Assembly: GCA_951406725.2 (NCBI GenBank)
Contig: OX597822.1
Location: 37,138,001 to 37,202,000 of the forward strand
DNA from: Octopus vulgaris
Taxonomy: Eukaryota
Length of the DNA: 64,000 bases
Direction: 5' to 3'
This document shows positions 13,087-25,814 of the stretch, piece by piece. The position numbers and the translations under genes were made by a program. Under the pieces are notes generated by a model, which saw only the letters and a list, made by a program, of their open reading frames with translations, was not told the DNA's origin and did no database searches. The number at the start of each line of letters is the position of its first letter. Position 1 is the first letter of the stretch.

Positions 13087-13299
13087 GTGGGTAGATATAT
13101 ATGTAGCATACAGACACATATATCCTCTATACAACTCAGTCTTTTTTCCATTTTTTCCCTTTGAATTAATTGGCAACCTCACAAGTGCCTTGTGTTACAA
13201 AAAAAGCTTGCAGTATTTTTTGTAAAGTGGTTGATATTTTAGGAAGGGCATCCTGTAATAAAACTGTGCTAAAGCAGACATACCAGTGTGGAAGATGGA

Positions 13300-13345
<46 letters not shown>

Positions 13346-13726
13346 ATACATGTGTATTTATGTGCATATGTGTGTATGTGTAGATATATGTATCTGTATG
13401 AGTGTGTATATGTAATATATGTATGCATAAGTATTTATAAGTGTATGTATACGCATATATATTCATGTTTCTACATGTTTGGGTATGTCTGTGTGCAGAA
13501 TTTTTTTTTTTTTTTTGTTTTTGTTGAAAATGAAATAGAGATTTCTGTCTTTCATCTTGAGTTTCATATTTTGCAATCTCCAGGCAGTTCTGAGGCTCAC
13601 TTTCAGTTATTAGTTTTAGTGAAAAACAATGTAAACATATCCTCTATAACTCTTATATGTATTGAACACTCTTGCTCATTCATCTTGCATAAACTAATGT
13701 GTGTGTGTGTGTGTATAGGCTTAGGA

Positions 13727-14105
13727 GTGGTTGTGTGGTAAGATGCTTGCTTACCAACCACATGGTTCCGGGTTCAGTCCCACTGTGTGGCACCTCGAGC
13801 AAATGCCTGCTACTATAGCCTCATGCTGACCAAAGCCTTGTGAGGGGATTTGGTAGACAGAAACTGAAAGAAGCCCGTCGTATATATGCATATATATGTA
13901 TGTTTGTGTGTCTGTGTTTGTCCCCCCAACATCGCTTGACAACCAATGCTGGTGTGTTTACATCTCTGTAACTTAACGGTTTGGCAAAAGAACCCATATA
14001 GAATAAGTGCTAGGCTTACAAAGAATAAGTCCTGGGATCGATTTGTTCGACTAAAGGTGGTGCTCCAGCATGGCCACAGTCAAATGACTGAAACAAGTAA
14101 AAGAC
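13727..14105 (+). mobile_element. Full-length SINE family A (tRNA head, internal TA/TG microsatellite, 3' tail)
   Basis: GGAGTGGTTGTGTGGTAAG...GGTTCAGTCCC (A/B boxes)...GGAAACTGAAAGAAGCCCGTCG-(TA/TG)n-...CAAATGACTGAAACAAGTAAAAG. Many copies in the window, e.g. 19110-19480, 39846-40120, 45395-45650, 48330-48712, 53730-54130. Confidence 0.85.
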
Positions 14106-14789
14106 TATATATATATATAAACCAAGTGAAATCGTAGTCATGGCTGATGCCAGTGCTGTGTGACTGTTACCCATGTCAGTGGCCCATAAAAAGCACCACT
14201 TGAGTGTTGTGCTTCGGGGAGGCAGTGACAGGTGACAAAAACCCTCCGTGATATACCATGCTTGTTTTGACCTGTCAAACCAAGTGAGGCCGTTGTCGTG
14301 GCTGATGCTGGTGTCGGGTCAATGGCACCTGTGCCAGTGGCACATAAAAAGCACCCTCTACTCCCTTGAAGTGGTTGGTGTTAAGAAAGGCATCCAGCCA
14401 TAGAAACCTTGCCAAATCAGATCAGAATCTGTTGCACCTCCCACACACACTTCCCTGGCTTACTAGTTTTCAGTCAAACCATCCAACCCATGGCAGCATG
14501 GAAAACATACGTTAAACGTTGATGATGATGTTGATATACATACATATACACGCACAAACATACGCTACTCATATATATATGTGTGTGTGAGTGTGTGTGT
14601 AAATATACACACACACACACATACAATCATTATCATCATTTCTACAGCTATTTTCCATGCTAGCATGCATGAAATAGGTCATTTAGAATGCCATGTATAT
14701 TCTCATATGTTTGAAGTGAAACTAAGTAGGACTTATAGTTCACATATCATTTGACTGAAATCCATAGTCAGGTATGTCACAGAGTATGG

Positions 14790-15186
14790 AAAACAAAACA
14801 GGAGAGTTTGTTTGTAATATATTTAGTTACATCATCTTGCACATGTTTCATTAACAAAGAATGATTATTAGTTATATAACATAAATTGTATATTTGATAT
14901 GCAAATGTTGTCAAATCTTCAGAATCAAGTAATTCTCGTTCATTATGTTGCTGAACAGTGTTGTCTTCACTGGGTAAGCAAACAACTTTATTTGCTTAAT
15001 CCAGTGATGGCAACACTGTCACTAATCCAGCAATAATACATATGAGAATTATACATTTCTGAAGAGATGACAATGCAAATTCATTATGTTATTTACATTA
15101 GATAACTAATCATTTTTTGTTAGTGAAATCCATGTAAGATGGTGTAACTAGATATTTTATACACAATCTCTCCTGTTTTGTTTTTA
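14790..15186. mobile_element. ~400 bp imperfect palindrome; probable inverted Penelope-like pseudo-LTR pair with a hammerhead core in each arm
   Basis: Arm ends AAAACAAAACAGGAGAG / CTCTCCTGTTTTGTTTT, centre near 14985. CTGAAGA...GAAA..GTA on + at 15058-15136 and CTGAAGA...GAAACATGTGCA on the minus strand of the left arm. Confidence 0.7.
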
Positions 15187-15748
15187 CATATATGTACATA
15201 CACACATATAAGTCCACACATTTATGATATTCAGTTGTTTAATGTTTGTTTCTGTGTGTTAGTATGGGTTGAATGGGGACTTATCTGAGGCAACAATTAA
15301 TAGCTAAATGCTTTTCTTCTCTCACCAGCTGTTGCCTATTCTTCATTAAAAATGTGGAATTTTTTTCTGCTGGTGTTTAGGAGAACTGCGTGACTAATCA
15401 TAATGTCAAGAACTGTAAATATCATATAACCATTTCACTCACATGGTGGCAAGTGAAGCCATGGAATATCTACCTTCAAATACACACACATGATGGGCTA
15501 CTCAGTTTCCTTTCACTAATTCCACTCACAATGCGTTGGTCAGTCTAAGGCTATGGTGAAATGAACTTGTTCACGATGGTGCACAGTGGGACTGAAACTG
15601 AAGCCACACAGTTTATAAAGAAAATATTACCAGTTTCGATGATGAATCTCATCTTATTGAATATCAGTAAAAATTTATAAAAATTTGAAGTAAAAACAGT
15701 TTATCTTCTGTCTGGGGGTCAAAAACATGTCATATATATTTGTACATA

Positions 15749-15796
<48 letters not shown>

Positions 15797-15830
15797 GTGC
15801 AGGAAAGGCTGTGTGGTAAGAAGCTTGTTT

Positions 15831-15890
<60 letters not shown>

Positions 15891-16037
15891 TGTTATGCCT
15901 CCTACCTTTCATCACTACTTTTTGCTTCACTTGCATAGGTGATTGGATTTCTTTCCTTACTGTGTCACCAATCAACTAGTATATATATGATTTTGTCAAA
16001 TATTTCCTTTTGTTGTGTTCTTTCTATTCAACCCTTG

Positions 16038-16073
<36 letters not shown>

Positions 16074-16129
16074 TCAGTAATTCATATATCTGAAAAAGAA
16101 GCTCACCCTAAAACATTAGAGCAGTAATA

Positions 16130-16592
16130 TATTTAGTTGGAAGAAACCGTAGCATACCAGATGAAATGCTTAGCGGTATTTCATCTATCTTTAGTTCTGA
16201 GTTCAAATTCTGTCGAGGTCAGCTTTGCCTTTCATCCTTTCGAGGTCAATAAATTAAGTACCAATTGCATACTGGGGTCAATCTAATCGACTAGCCTCCT
16301 CTCCAAAAATTTCGGGCCTTGTGCCTAGAATAGATTGTTTGTGTGTGCGTGTGCCTGTCTGTCTTTGTGAATATTAGTTACAAATTTTGCCACAAGGCTA
16401 ACAATTCTGGTAGAGGGAATAATTCAATTACATTGACCCCAGTGCTCAGCTGGTACCTGATTTTTTTGTTAACCAAGAAAGGATGAAAATCAAAGTTGAC
16501 TTCAGCAGAATTTGAACTCAGAACATGAAGACGGACCTAATGTCGCTAAGCATTTTGCCTGGTATGCTAATGATTTTGCCAACTTGTTGCCT
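16130..16592. mobile_element. Two SINE family B copies in inverted orientation (about 16130-16332 + and 16375-16592 -)
   Basis: Core TTCTGAGTTCAAATT...CTTTGCCTTTCATCCTTT followed by its reverse complement. Confidence 0.8.
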
Positions 16593-16811
16593 TTGTCTTT
16601 GTGAACATTGACAATTTACATTGATCTCCAGATACAGATGATGATATCACCATTTGTAGCTGGGGTACAATTTTAAATTCCTCTGGAATGAAAAAAATCC
16701 CTTCATTAAAAAAAAAAAAGCACCAAGATGTAAACTCCTTCCTCAAGTAGCTCCTCCATGTTATTCCTGTTTGTGTCAAAAAAGTAACATTAAATACATT
16801 GAATAGAACCG

Positions 16812-16917
<106 letters not shown>

Positions 16918-18535
16918 GTGTGTGTGTGTATATATTTATATGTATCTGTATATATATGAATATATATGTATTAACACACACACATGTATGTATGTGTATT
17001 TATGTATCATGTACAGTGAGCCTCGTTAAACAGCGGGATGGGTATCTGATTGTCATTGGTTAAGTATTGGTGGAGGTTGATATTTTATGTTCAGACAATA
17101 TTAGAAATATAAACACCACACACAAACAAAATTACATTAAACACTATAATCATCATATAAATATATATTTTATAAAATCGACATCATAAAGTTAATACCA
17201 CACATTGTTAATTTCATTTCCATGTATTAGATGATAGATGAGCTTGTTGTGATGGAAATGCAAGTATAGATGGTAATTTGTCATTCTGTATTAGTAATGC
17301 TATGATACCACACTGGTCCTTGTCTCCCATTTACAGAAGGTTGATGTGACTTGAGAGGGGGCTGAGTCAACAGCAAGTGTCATTGTTATCAGCAGGTTTA
17401 GCTGCTACTGCAGGCATGGCATGAATTGGTTTCAAGTAGTCAAGTTTTGGTTGTTTTTATTTCATTTAGCTTACAAGCCATGATAGAAAATACTAGGTTG
17501 TCAGGTACTTAGTCACTGAAATACTGCTGAAAATTTTATAGAATACTTGTATGTATACTATATATCTGTTTGAATGTGTATCCGTTGGACTATTGTTTAT
17601 GAATCATCATCATCATCATCTGTTGTCCATGCTGGCATGGGTTGGATGGTTTGATTGGGCTGGCACACTGGAAGGCTGTGCCAGGCTTCCATCTAATTTG
17701 GCATGGTTTTCTAATGGCTGGATGCCCTTCCTAATGCCAACCACTCTGTGAGTGTAATGGGTATGTTTACGTGGCACTGGCATGACACCAGTATCTGCCA
17801 CGACTGCGATTTTGCTCGGCTTGATGGGTCTTCTTCTCAAGCATGACATAATGCCAAAGGTGTTGGTCATTCCCGCCGTGAGGCCAAAACACTCGAAAGG
17901 AACTTGGCCAAGCATGCAGATATATTTTGGTTACACACAGGATATTAAAACAGACTAGGTAACCCTTCACATGAGTGAAGATATGCCTTTCTGTTAGACA
18001 AAGCCTGTTTGTATGATTTACAATGAATGGAGTAGCTTCTTATTTTTGACTAGCACCAGTGGATTTTATTCAAACTTTTATCATTATTTATCATCTATCC
18101 CTTTAATGCATTTTCTCTTTCAGATTTTAAAGTTTTGTATAGACGCTTGTAACAATGCCAGGCTTAGGCTATTCAAGCATGTAAACAGTGAATGACTTTC
18201 ATTGAAGAACAAGACATGTAACGGTGATAGTCAATGTTCCCATTAAATAAAGGAAGCTGTGTTTCCTTGGTTGATACTATCTGTCAGTTACTGTTCTTCA
18301 CAGAAGTGTCACCAGTTTTCAGGAACACAGCTGGAGTTGAACTCATGATGTACAAAACCAGAAATAGCTGTTGCAGGGCATCTCATCCATGCTCTGACAA
18401 TCCTGTTAGTCTACTGTCCTGGACTGATACTTTATCAACTCCCGAAAGGACATAGCTGATCTCCAAACTTGAGAGCAAGAAAGAGGCAGCTATTAAACTG
18501 TATCTCTTGTATTGGTTATTTTCTTTTTTTCTTTC

Positions 18536-18582
<47 letters not shown>

Positions 18583-20061
18583 AACACACACTGACCACTG
18601 ATGTTTGCTTCAGCTGTCACCATCCTATCATTTATTCAGATATCGTGTATCTTAGATACATTATCTAATGTATTGAGAATACAGTAAGTTCACCAAGTTC
18701 ACCTTCACAGGGATAATTGATTGCTACAATGCCCTTCATTTTTAATCTGATTGAGTGAAATTTGTGAGAGATTTAAACTGTTATATCAAGCAAGTTGAGT
18801 TACCACACAGAGGCTTTCTTCTTGGTTTGCATGTCTAATGTGTTACCCTTCATACGATAGGAGAGACATGTACATAGGTGCAATAATTTGGAATTTTACT
18901 TTATTCAAATTTCATGGTGCTTGTATAAGATAAAAGCATAAATACTAATTTTCATGATCATCATCATCAGTTGTCCATGCTGGCAAGGGTTGGACGATTT
19001 GACTAGGGTTGGTGAACTGAGGGGCTGCACCAGACTCCAGTCTGATTTGGCATGGTTTCTACAGCTGAATGCCCTTCCTAACGCCAGCCATTCTGTTATT
19101 CGTTATTAGGTGCAGGCATGGCTGTGGTAAGAAGTTTGCTTCCCGACCCCATGGTTCCGGGTTCAGTCCCTCTGGGTGGTACCTTGGATACGTGTCTTCC
19201 ACAATAGCCCCTGGGTGGATTTGGTTGATGGAAACTTAATGAAGCCCATCGTGTATGTAGAAACATCAATGTGTGTTTACCCTCACCCAACTGCTTGACA
19301 ACCGGAGTTGGTTTGTTTACGTCCCCGTAACTTAACGATTTAGCAAAAGGGACTAATAAAATAAGTCCTAGATTTAAAATCTCAGAAGTGGGTCGATTTG
19401 TTTGATTGAAACCCTTCGAAGTGGTGCTCCACCACGACCGCAGTCCAGTGACCGAAACAAGTAAAAGATACAAGATTAAAATAAGATAAAAAATAATTTA
19501 CTCGTTTTTGTATTTGCCATAATTGTAATCATTAATAGCAATAATACTTTTTAATTATCAATTAATTATAGATGTTAACGTATTCTCAGTTGTTACCCGT
19601 CGTCTGACAGGTGACGTTTTGTATTTACGTAACCAGGAGAGATAACTCCAATATGTTCGGAGTCATCTCCCCTTGCAGGACGCAACCTTATCAGGGACGG
19701 ACGTGTACCTATAAACTATATAATACTATATCTCAGTGCTCCGCAACCGATATGCCTCGATACATTGATGTGTCACGAGACGATGCTATGTGTGCCGCAG
19801 TGTAACCTGAATATAATTTCCCCCCTATGCTTTTAGTTATATTTTAAGTTCAGGTGTGCGGCCGACTTTTCAAAAGAATATAAGTATACAAGTGAAAAAG
19901 AGCGACGGAGCACTGCCATATAATACTATAAACCATGCGTAATGCACATCTCAAAGTTGGAGCTTAAATTGTCTTAAAAACCTGTAGTGTTGGTTAGCGT
20001 TGCACAACTACTACGGAAGTAGAAAATATATTACAATCTGTGTATTTTTGATATTTCATTG

Positions 20062-20398
20062 TAAAGGGTGGTCCGAAAGTCTTATCACCTGCTACCGAAA
20101 AGTAATAAGAATAATAGAGGAACAATATAATAGCAAACACATTTACTGGTTTTAGTATATTCACTTTCATTGACACTGTCACATCGAGAACACCATTTTC
20201 ATGACACAAAATGATGTGGTGCCATGTCCTGTGTGATATTCTACGAAGCTGTGCTTTGGTGATTGTTGCAAAAGCTGCCGAAACAGCTTCCTTCAGCTGT
20301 TGGGTAGTCTGATATCACTCTTGTGAAACTCTCTCCTTGATAACAAAAAATTAAAGCAAAATTTTACTGGTGGTAACAAGACTTTCGGACACCCTGTA
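20062..20398. mobile_element. Tc1/mariner MITE
   Basis: TA-flanked TIRs TAAAGGGTGGTCCGAAAGTCTTATCACC / GGTAACAAGACTTTCGGACACCCTGTA. Confidence 0.75.
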
Positions 20399-20594
20399 TA
20401 TTGGTCTTAAATTTTTGGTACAAGGCCAGCAATTTGGGGCAAGTCGATTACATCGACCTCAGTACTCAACTGGTAATTATTTTATTGACTCTGAAAGGAT
20501 GAAAGACAAAGATGAACCCGACAGAATTTGAACTCAGTACATAGACAGACGAAATGCTGCTGAACATTTCGCCAAGCATACTGATGTTTCCTCC

Positions 20595-21087
20595 CAGTGA
20601 TACCTCGCAGTACAAGTTTAATTCGTTCCATGACCGAGCTCGTTTTACGATTTACTCGTTTTACAAATCTATTTTTCCCATTGAAATTAACTAAAATATA
20701 ATTAATCTGTTCCAGCCCCAAAAACCACATCCTTTAAGGCCCTCATGCTTTCCGAATTCCGCCGAAACTACACCTGATTATATATACACTTTAGATGAGT
20801 TGTAGTGCACCTGAGCACTGTACACAATTATTATTATTATTATTATTATAAAATAATTTTTTAAGAGTTTTAAAACAGAAAAGGTGTAGTTACTAGTAAA
20901 ATGACAATTTTAAAAAAGAGAATGCAAAAGAAATATGTTAATTAGTTTTATTAACTGAATTACCTTAAAAATGGAATGATTTGCATGCTTGTACTGTGAA
21001 TTTCCACCTGTACTTCAAGACGAAAATTTACATGAGTCTCAGCAAAAAACTCGTACAATGGGGTATTTGTACTGCGAGGTTCTACTG
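20595..21087. mobile_element. pogo/Tigger-like MITE carrying a nested CR1-type 3' tail (20732-20850)
   Basis: TIRs CAGTGATACCTCGCAGTACAA / TTGTACTGCGAGGTTCTACTG(TA). The internal segment matches the LINE tail at 39175-39281. Confidence 0.75.
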
Positions 21088-21629
21088 TATATTAGTTTTG
21101 CTTTTTGGCACAAGGCCAGCAATTTCGGATGAGGGTTTAAATCAATGACATCAACCCCAATACTCAACTGGTTCTTATTTTATCGATCTTGATAGGATGA
21201 AAGGCTAAGTCAACTCAGAAGGTAAAGACAGACGAAATGTTGATAAGCATATTGTTCAGTGTGCTAATGATTCTGCTAGTTTGCCGCTTTGTCTACCATT
21301 ATATTATATATTAAAAACATATCAATAATATATTAAAAATATAATCTAAAAAACAAAGCATTATTGTTTTCTTATAAAAGTGGATGAGGAACACATTTTC
21401 AACCTGATATGTTCTATACATATTCCAGATTTGAATTTTGGGGTTGGGTGAAAAGTGTGTATATTATACAAAGAGTTTTAGAGTAATTAGAATACAATTA
21501 TATGTATATGTGTGGGTCAACCCAAAGCTAGAGAAAATTAGATTTACTCAAAATACCTGCAGTGGAATTAAAACCAGTACTGCTTGATTGTAAAGTGAGT
21601 TCCTAACCATTTGGTTACTGCATTTACTT

Positions 21630-21668
21630 GTGTTTGTGTGAATGTATATATATGTATACTTATATATG

Positions 21669-21733
<65 letters not shown>

Positions 21734-21890
21734 ATATATGTGTGTGTGTGTGTGTATATATGTGTGTGTGTGTATATATATGTGTGTGTGTATATATGTG
21801 TGTGTGTATATATATGTGTGTGTGTATATATGTGTGTGTGTGTGTATATATATGTGTGTGTGTATATATGTGTGTGTGTGTATGTATATA

Positions 21891-21923
<33 letters not shown>

Positions 21924-22020
21924 ATATATATATGTGTGTGTGTATATATGTGTGTGTGTGTGTATGTATATATATATGTGTGTGTGTGTATATATGTGTG
22001 TGTGTGTATGTATATATATA

Positions 22021-22051
<31 letters not shown>

Positions 22052-22195
22052 ATATATATGTGTGTGTGTGTATATATGTGTGTGTGTGTATATATATATG
22101 TGTGTGTGTGTGTGTATACGTGTGTGTATGCATATGAATACATATATGTATAAATGTATGTATATGTGTGTCTGTGTGTATACACGTATGTATGT
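21630..22195. repeat. Compound (TA)n/(TG)n microsatellite with higher-order alternation
   Basis: Direct inspection. Source of the 169-237 aa spurious ORFs. Confidence 0.97.
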
Positions 22196-22197
22196 AG

Positions 22198-22350
22198 ACA
22201 GCTGTATAAAGAAGTGCCAACCACTTAAAGTTGACAGACCCTCCACAAGAGGGAAACCCAAGAAGACAAGGGATGAAGTAATGAGGAACCACTCTCAAGT
22301 GCGACTCATGGAGGAGATGACAGTGGCCCAAGATGTCTGGTGATTTGAAG
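22198..22350 (+). mobile_element. RTE-clade LINE 3' fragment (similar fragment at about 42655-42960)
   Basis: Reads DSCIKKCQPLKVDRPSTRGKPKKTRDEV, resembling the RTE terminal GRGRP.KTW motif. Confidence 0.6.
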
Positions 22351-23173
22351 TTCTTGAGAAGTCCCACCCACTTCAGTGAAACTGAGCTCTGGAAGCGTTA
22401 TGCATTATGCACCGTCTACTCATATGTAACATTAAGTAACCTTAATTCACACACCCTCTACTGCAGTGAACCAAACTACAACCTCTTCATTCACTATTGC
22501 TTGTCTCTCTTCCATCCTCCTGCTCCTGCAGCCCACTGCTGCTTTGTCATCTCTCGTGTTCTTTCCCTGCCAGCTCTATCATAGCTATGCTTCCATTCCC
22601 CATATATAGCTGTGTTCACTACTCAATGTGCCCCCTCCCTTTACCTCCTCTCTTCCACATTGTACTCCCTTGAACTCCCTGCTCATTCACCCTGTGCAAT
22701 TCTCTGTACCATTTCACTTACATTCACTTTGTTTCTTGAGGCTATGCCCTGGCACATCAATACACTCTCTCCTCTTTCTTTCTTCTTTCTTTCTTTCTTT
22801 CTCTCTTTCTCTCTTTCTCCTCAACTGGAGTAACTATATATTTTCTCTATAACAAGACGCCTGGTAAAATGCCTGGTACATCCCCTCAGTTGTGGGGTTT
22901 TTGTCATGGAAGTTACTTGGTCAGCTCACCAACACAGGTGCCATGTAAAAACACCCAATACACTCTGTAAAATTTTGGCACTTTGAAGGGTACCCAGCTG
23001 TAGAAAATATGCCGAAGCTGACAGTAGAACTTGATGCAGTCTTCTGGCTTGCCAGCTCCTCTCAAACCATCCAACACATGCTAGCATAGAAAACAGATGT
23101 TAAACAATGATGATATATGTATGTATATTTGTGTATAAGTGTGTGAGTGTGTGTGTCTATACATCTGCATACA

Positions 23174-23215
<42 letters not shown>

Positions 23216-23689
23216 TACATAGTGTGTAGCAAGGTATAGCTGCTGTTATATTGCCCCATCATCAGCTCTGTTCTGTCAGGTCTATGATCTAAGTGTTGTA
23301 GCTGTGAGCATTTTTTGTGCCCCTGGAAGAGTCTGGGTCTACATTATATGATGTATCAAATAATAAAGTCTCCTTTTGTAGAGTGTGGCTGAAGAAATTT
23401 GGTTGTTGCATCTGGTAGATTCAGGCTAATGTATTGAGTCTCCTATTTTGACCTGTCTCCTTCTGTGGTCCAACTTATCTCCTATTTTAGTCCTTAGTTG
23501 GTTGAAATAGCTTCTTTTTCCATAATGTCTAAAATTTCTGCAAATGAAAAAACAAAAACAAAACAATGTTATTATTGTACCAAGCAAGAGACTAGAGCTG
23601 AAATGAAACGATTTCATTGTCAGGAATGTGCTACATTAGGGAAACAAATGCCAGAATTTCATCAACATGGCAGAAATGGTGATATTTAT

Positions 23690-24760
23690 AATAATCCTTT
23701 CTACTTTAGGCACAAGACCCCAAAATAGCAGGGAGGAGTTTTGTTGATTGTATTGACATCAGTGCTCAACTGTTTCTTTTTTTATTGACCCTGAAAGGAT
23801 AAAAGGCAAAGTCAATCTTAGTGGAATTTGAACTCACAACATAAAATAGAAAAAAATGCCGCTAAACATTTTCCCTGATGTGCTGACATTTCTGCCAGCT
23901 TGCTGCCTTAATAATAATAATAATCCTTTCTACTATAAGCACAAGGCCTGAAATTTGTGGGGAGAGGACTGGTTGAATACATCGACCCCAATGTTTCACT
24001 GGTACTTAATTTATCGACCCCTGAAAGGATAAAAGGTAAAGTCAACCTCGGTGGAATTTGAACCCAGAATGTAGCAACGGGTGAAATACCACTGAGCATT
24101 TCATCTAGTATGCTAATGATTCTGCAATAATAACTTCTTGGATACAAGATAAAGTTGCTGCTGCCGACAAAAGACTTCTGAGGATTATATGACTGGTTCT
24201 TTAATAAGCTTCAATGCATTCATTTGTGCTCCTAAAAGTGGCAGCCTAACACCCTCTAATTACATCCCTACTGTGTTAAGTTAAAGGAAACATTAAACAG
24301 TGTAGTCCTAAAAAGGTGATGATAATAGCTAGAATATCTTTATCCAAAGGTCTCTCGGCGAGATTGGTCTGGGAGTGGGGATAAATGACAACTGGTGCTA
24401 TATTTTATCAACCTTTGGAGGATGAAAGGTAAGGTTGATCTCAGAGCATAACTGTTGTTACCTAAGGCATTTTTACCTCCCCCAATTTTATTATTATTAT
24501 TATTAGTAGTAGTAATAATATTAATAATCCTTTCTTTCTACAGTAAGGGTACAAAGCCTGAAATTTTGGGAGAGTGGGGCTAGTCAATTACATCAACCCC
24601 TGTGCTCAACTGGTACTTATTTCGTCAATTCCAAAAGGATGAAAGGCAAAGTTGACCTCAGTGGAATTTGAAGTCAGAACGTAATAATAATAATAATGAT
24701 AATTGTTTCCAATGTGGGCAGATAGCCAAGAATTTGGGGAGATGAGTGAGTCAATTAAAT
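23690..24760 (-). mobile_element. Cluster of SINE family B copies, all minus orientation
   Basis: Repeated GAAAGGAT(G/A)AAAGG(C/T)AAAGT...GGAATTTGAAC cores near 23793, 24023, 24420, 24635. Confidence 0.8.
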
Positions 24761-25814
24761 CCATTCGTGTAGTGATGATGGTGATGATGATTATGATGGT
24801 GATTTCTTATATTGGCACAAGACCATAAATTCTGGGATTCTTTTTATGTTAGCTTTCCTTACTTTCCCCTTCCCACTTTTTTTCTCTCTGTATCTGTTCC
24901 TTGTTTCAGACACACACACATGCACACACACGCACTGATTTAGACACATCAAACATACTGTGACCTCTCTGTTTAAGAACACTTGAGTCTGATCATAACT
25001 GTTTTTCTCTCATGTGCACACACACACACACGCACACACAGAGTTCTACCTAATCAGAGAAAGAAACATGCACACGCACGCACACAGTGAGTGTAATGAA
25101 AGTGTGCTATATCAATATAGATTATTAGAGTAATAGAGGAGTTAGTTAAAGTAGACATGAGGGAGCCAAGCAGGCCAGCGCTATTTGCTATTACATTTAA
25201 ACACCCTCGAGGGTTGACTTTCCCCTTTTATCCATCCATGGTCGATAAAGAAGAGAGGAAAAATGTGTGTGGGTGCGCGTGTGTGTAGGCCATTATTATT
25301 TTAAGTTGATTTGGTCTTCAGTCGATTTCAACTCTCTTTCCCAGAAAAATTTGGCTTTATGCCTAGTGAGAAGAAATAGTTATTAATGTTCTTGTTAGGT
25401 TGGTGGAGTTGATGACATGGACAGTAAAAGAGAATTAGAATAAATTCTTTGTTATCTTGTTAACTTCCTCCTATTTCTGCATTTAACTCACCCCTGGTGG
25501 GCATTTTTATAATTATCATTATTTTCCTTTCATTTTTTTTTTCTAATGGAGAGAGAGAAAGTGAGTGAGTGAGAAGGAGAGAGAAAAATAACTAATGTCA
25601 CATTTAATTAAAAAAAAAAAATCTGTGATGTATATTTTTCCTGTTCCTGGTTAATAACCATTTCACATGCATCTAATACCCTTTTGAGAAAAAATGCGAG
25701 TGAACCTCACAAAAGTACACTGTTTTAGACTAAACAAAAGTCTTTAGTACTCTAAAGCAACCAATTAATATAATTATTAATTATTGTTTGTTCTTATTAT
25801 TAGGGTGCCAGAAT

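Noticed and set aside
13727-13800. tRNA-like sequences with A/B boxes
   Set aside because: They are heads of high-copy SINEs, lack a complete cloverleaf and continue into SINE body.
18124-18455. Possible internal exon after a strong acceptor (TTTTCTCTTTCAG)
   Set aside because: All frames close quickly, with no clear donor or homology. It may be a UTR exon but cannot be supported.
21548-22367. Long ORFs of 169-237 aa on both strands
   Set aside because: Translations of TA/TG microsatellite (YI/HT/VC repeats). The same applies to ORFs at 12.3-13.7, 15.7-17.1, 53.4 and 57.0 kb.
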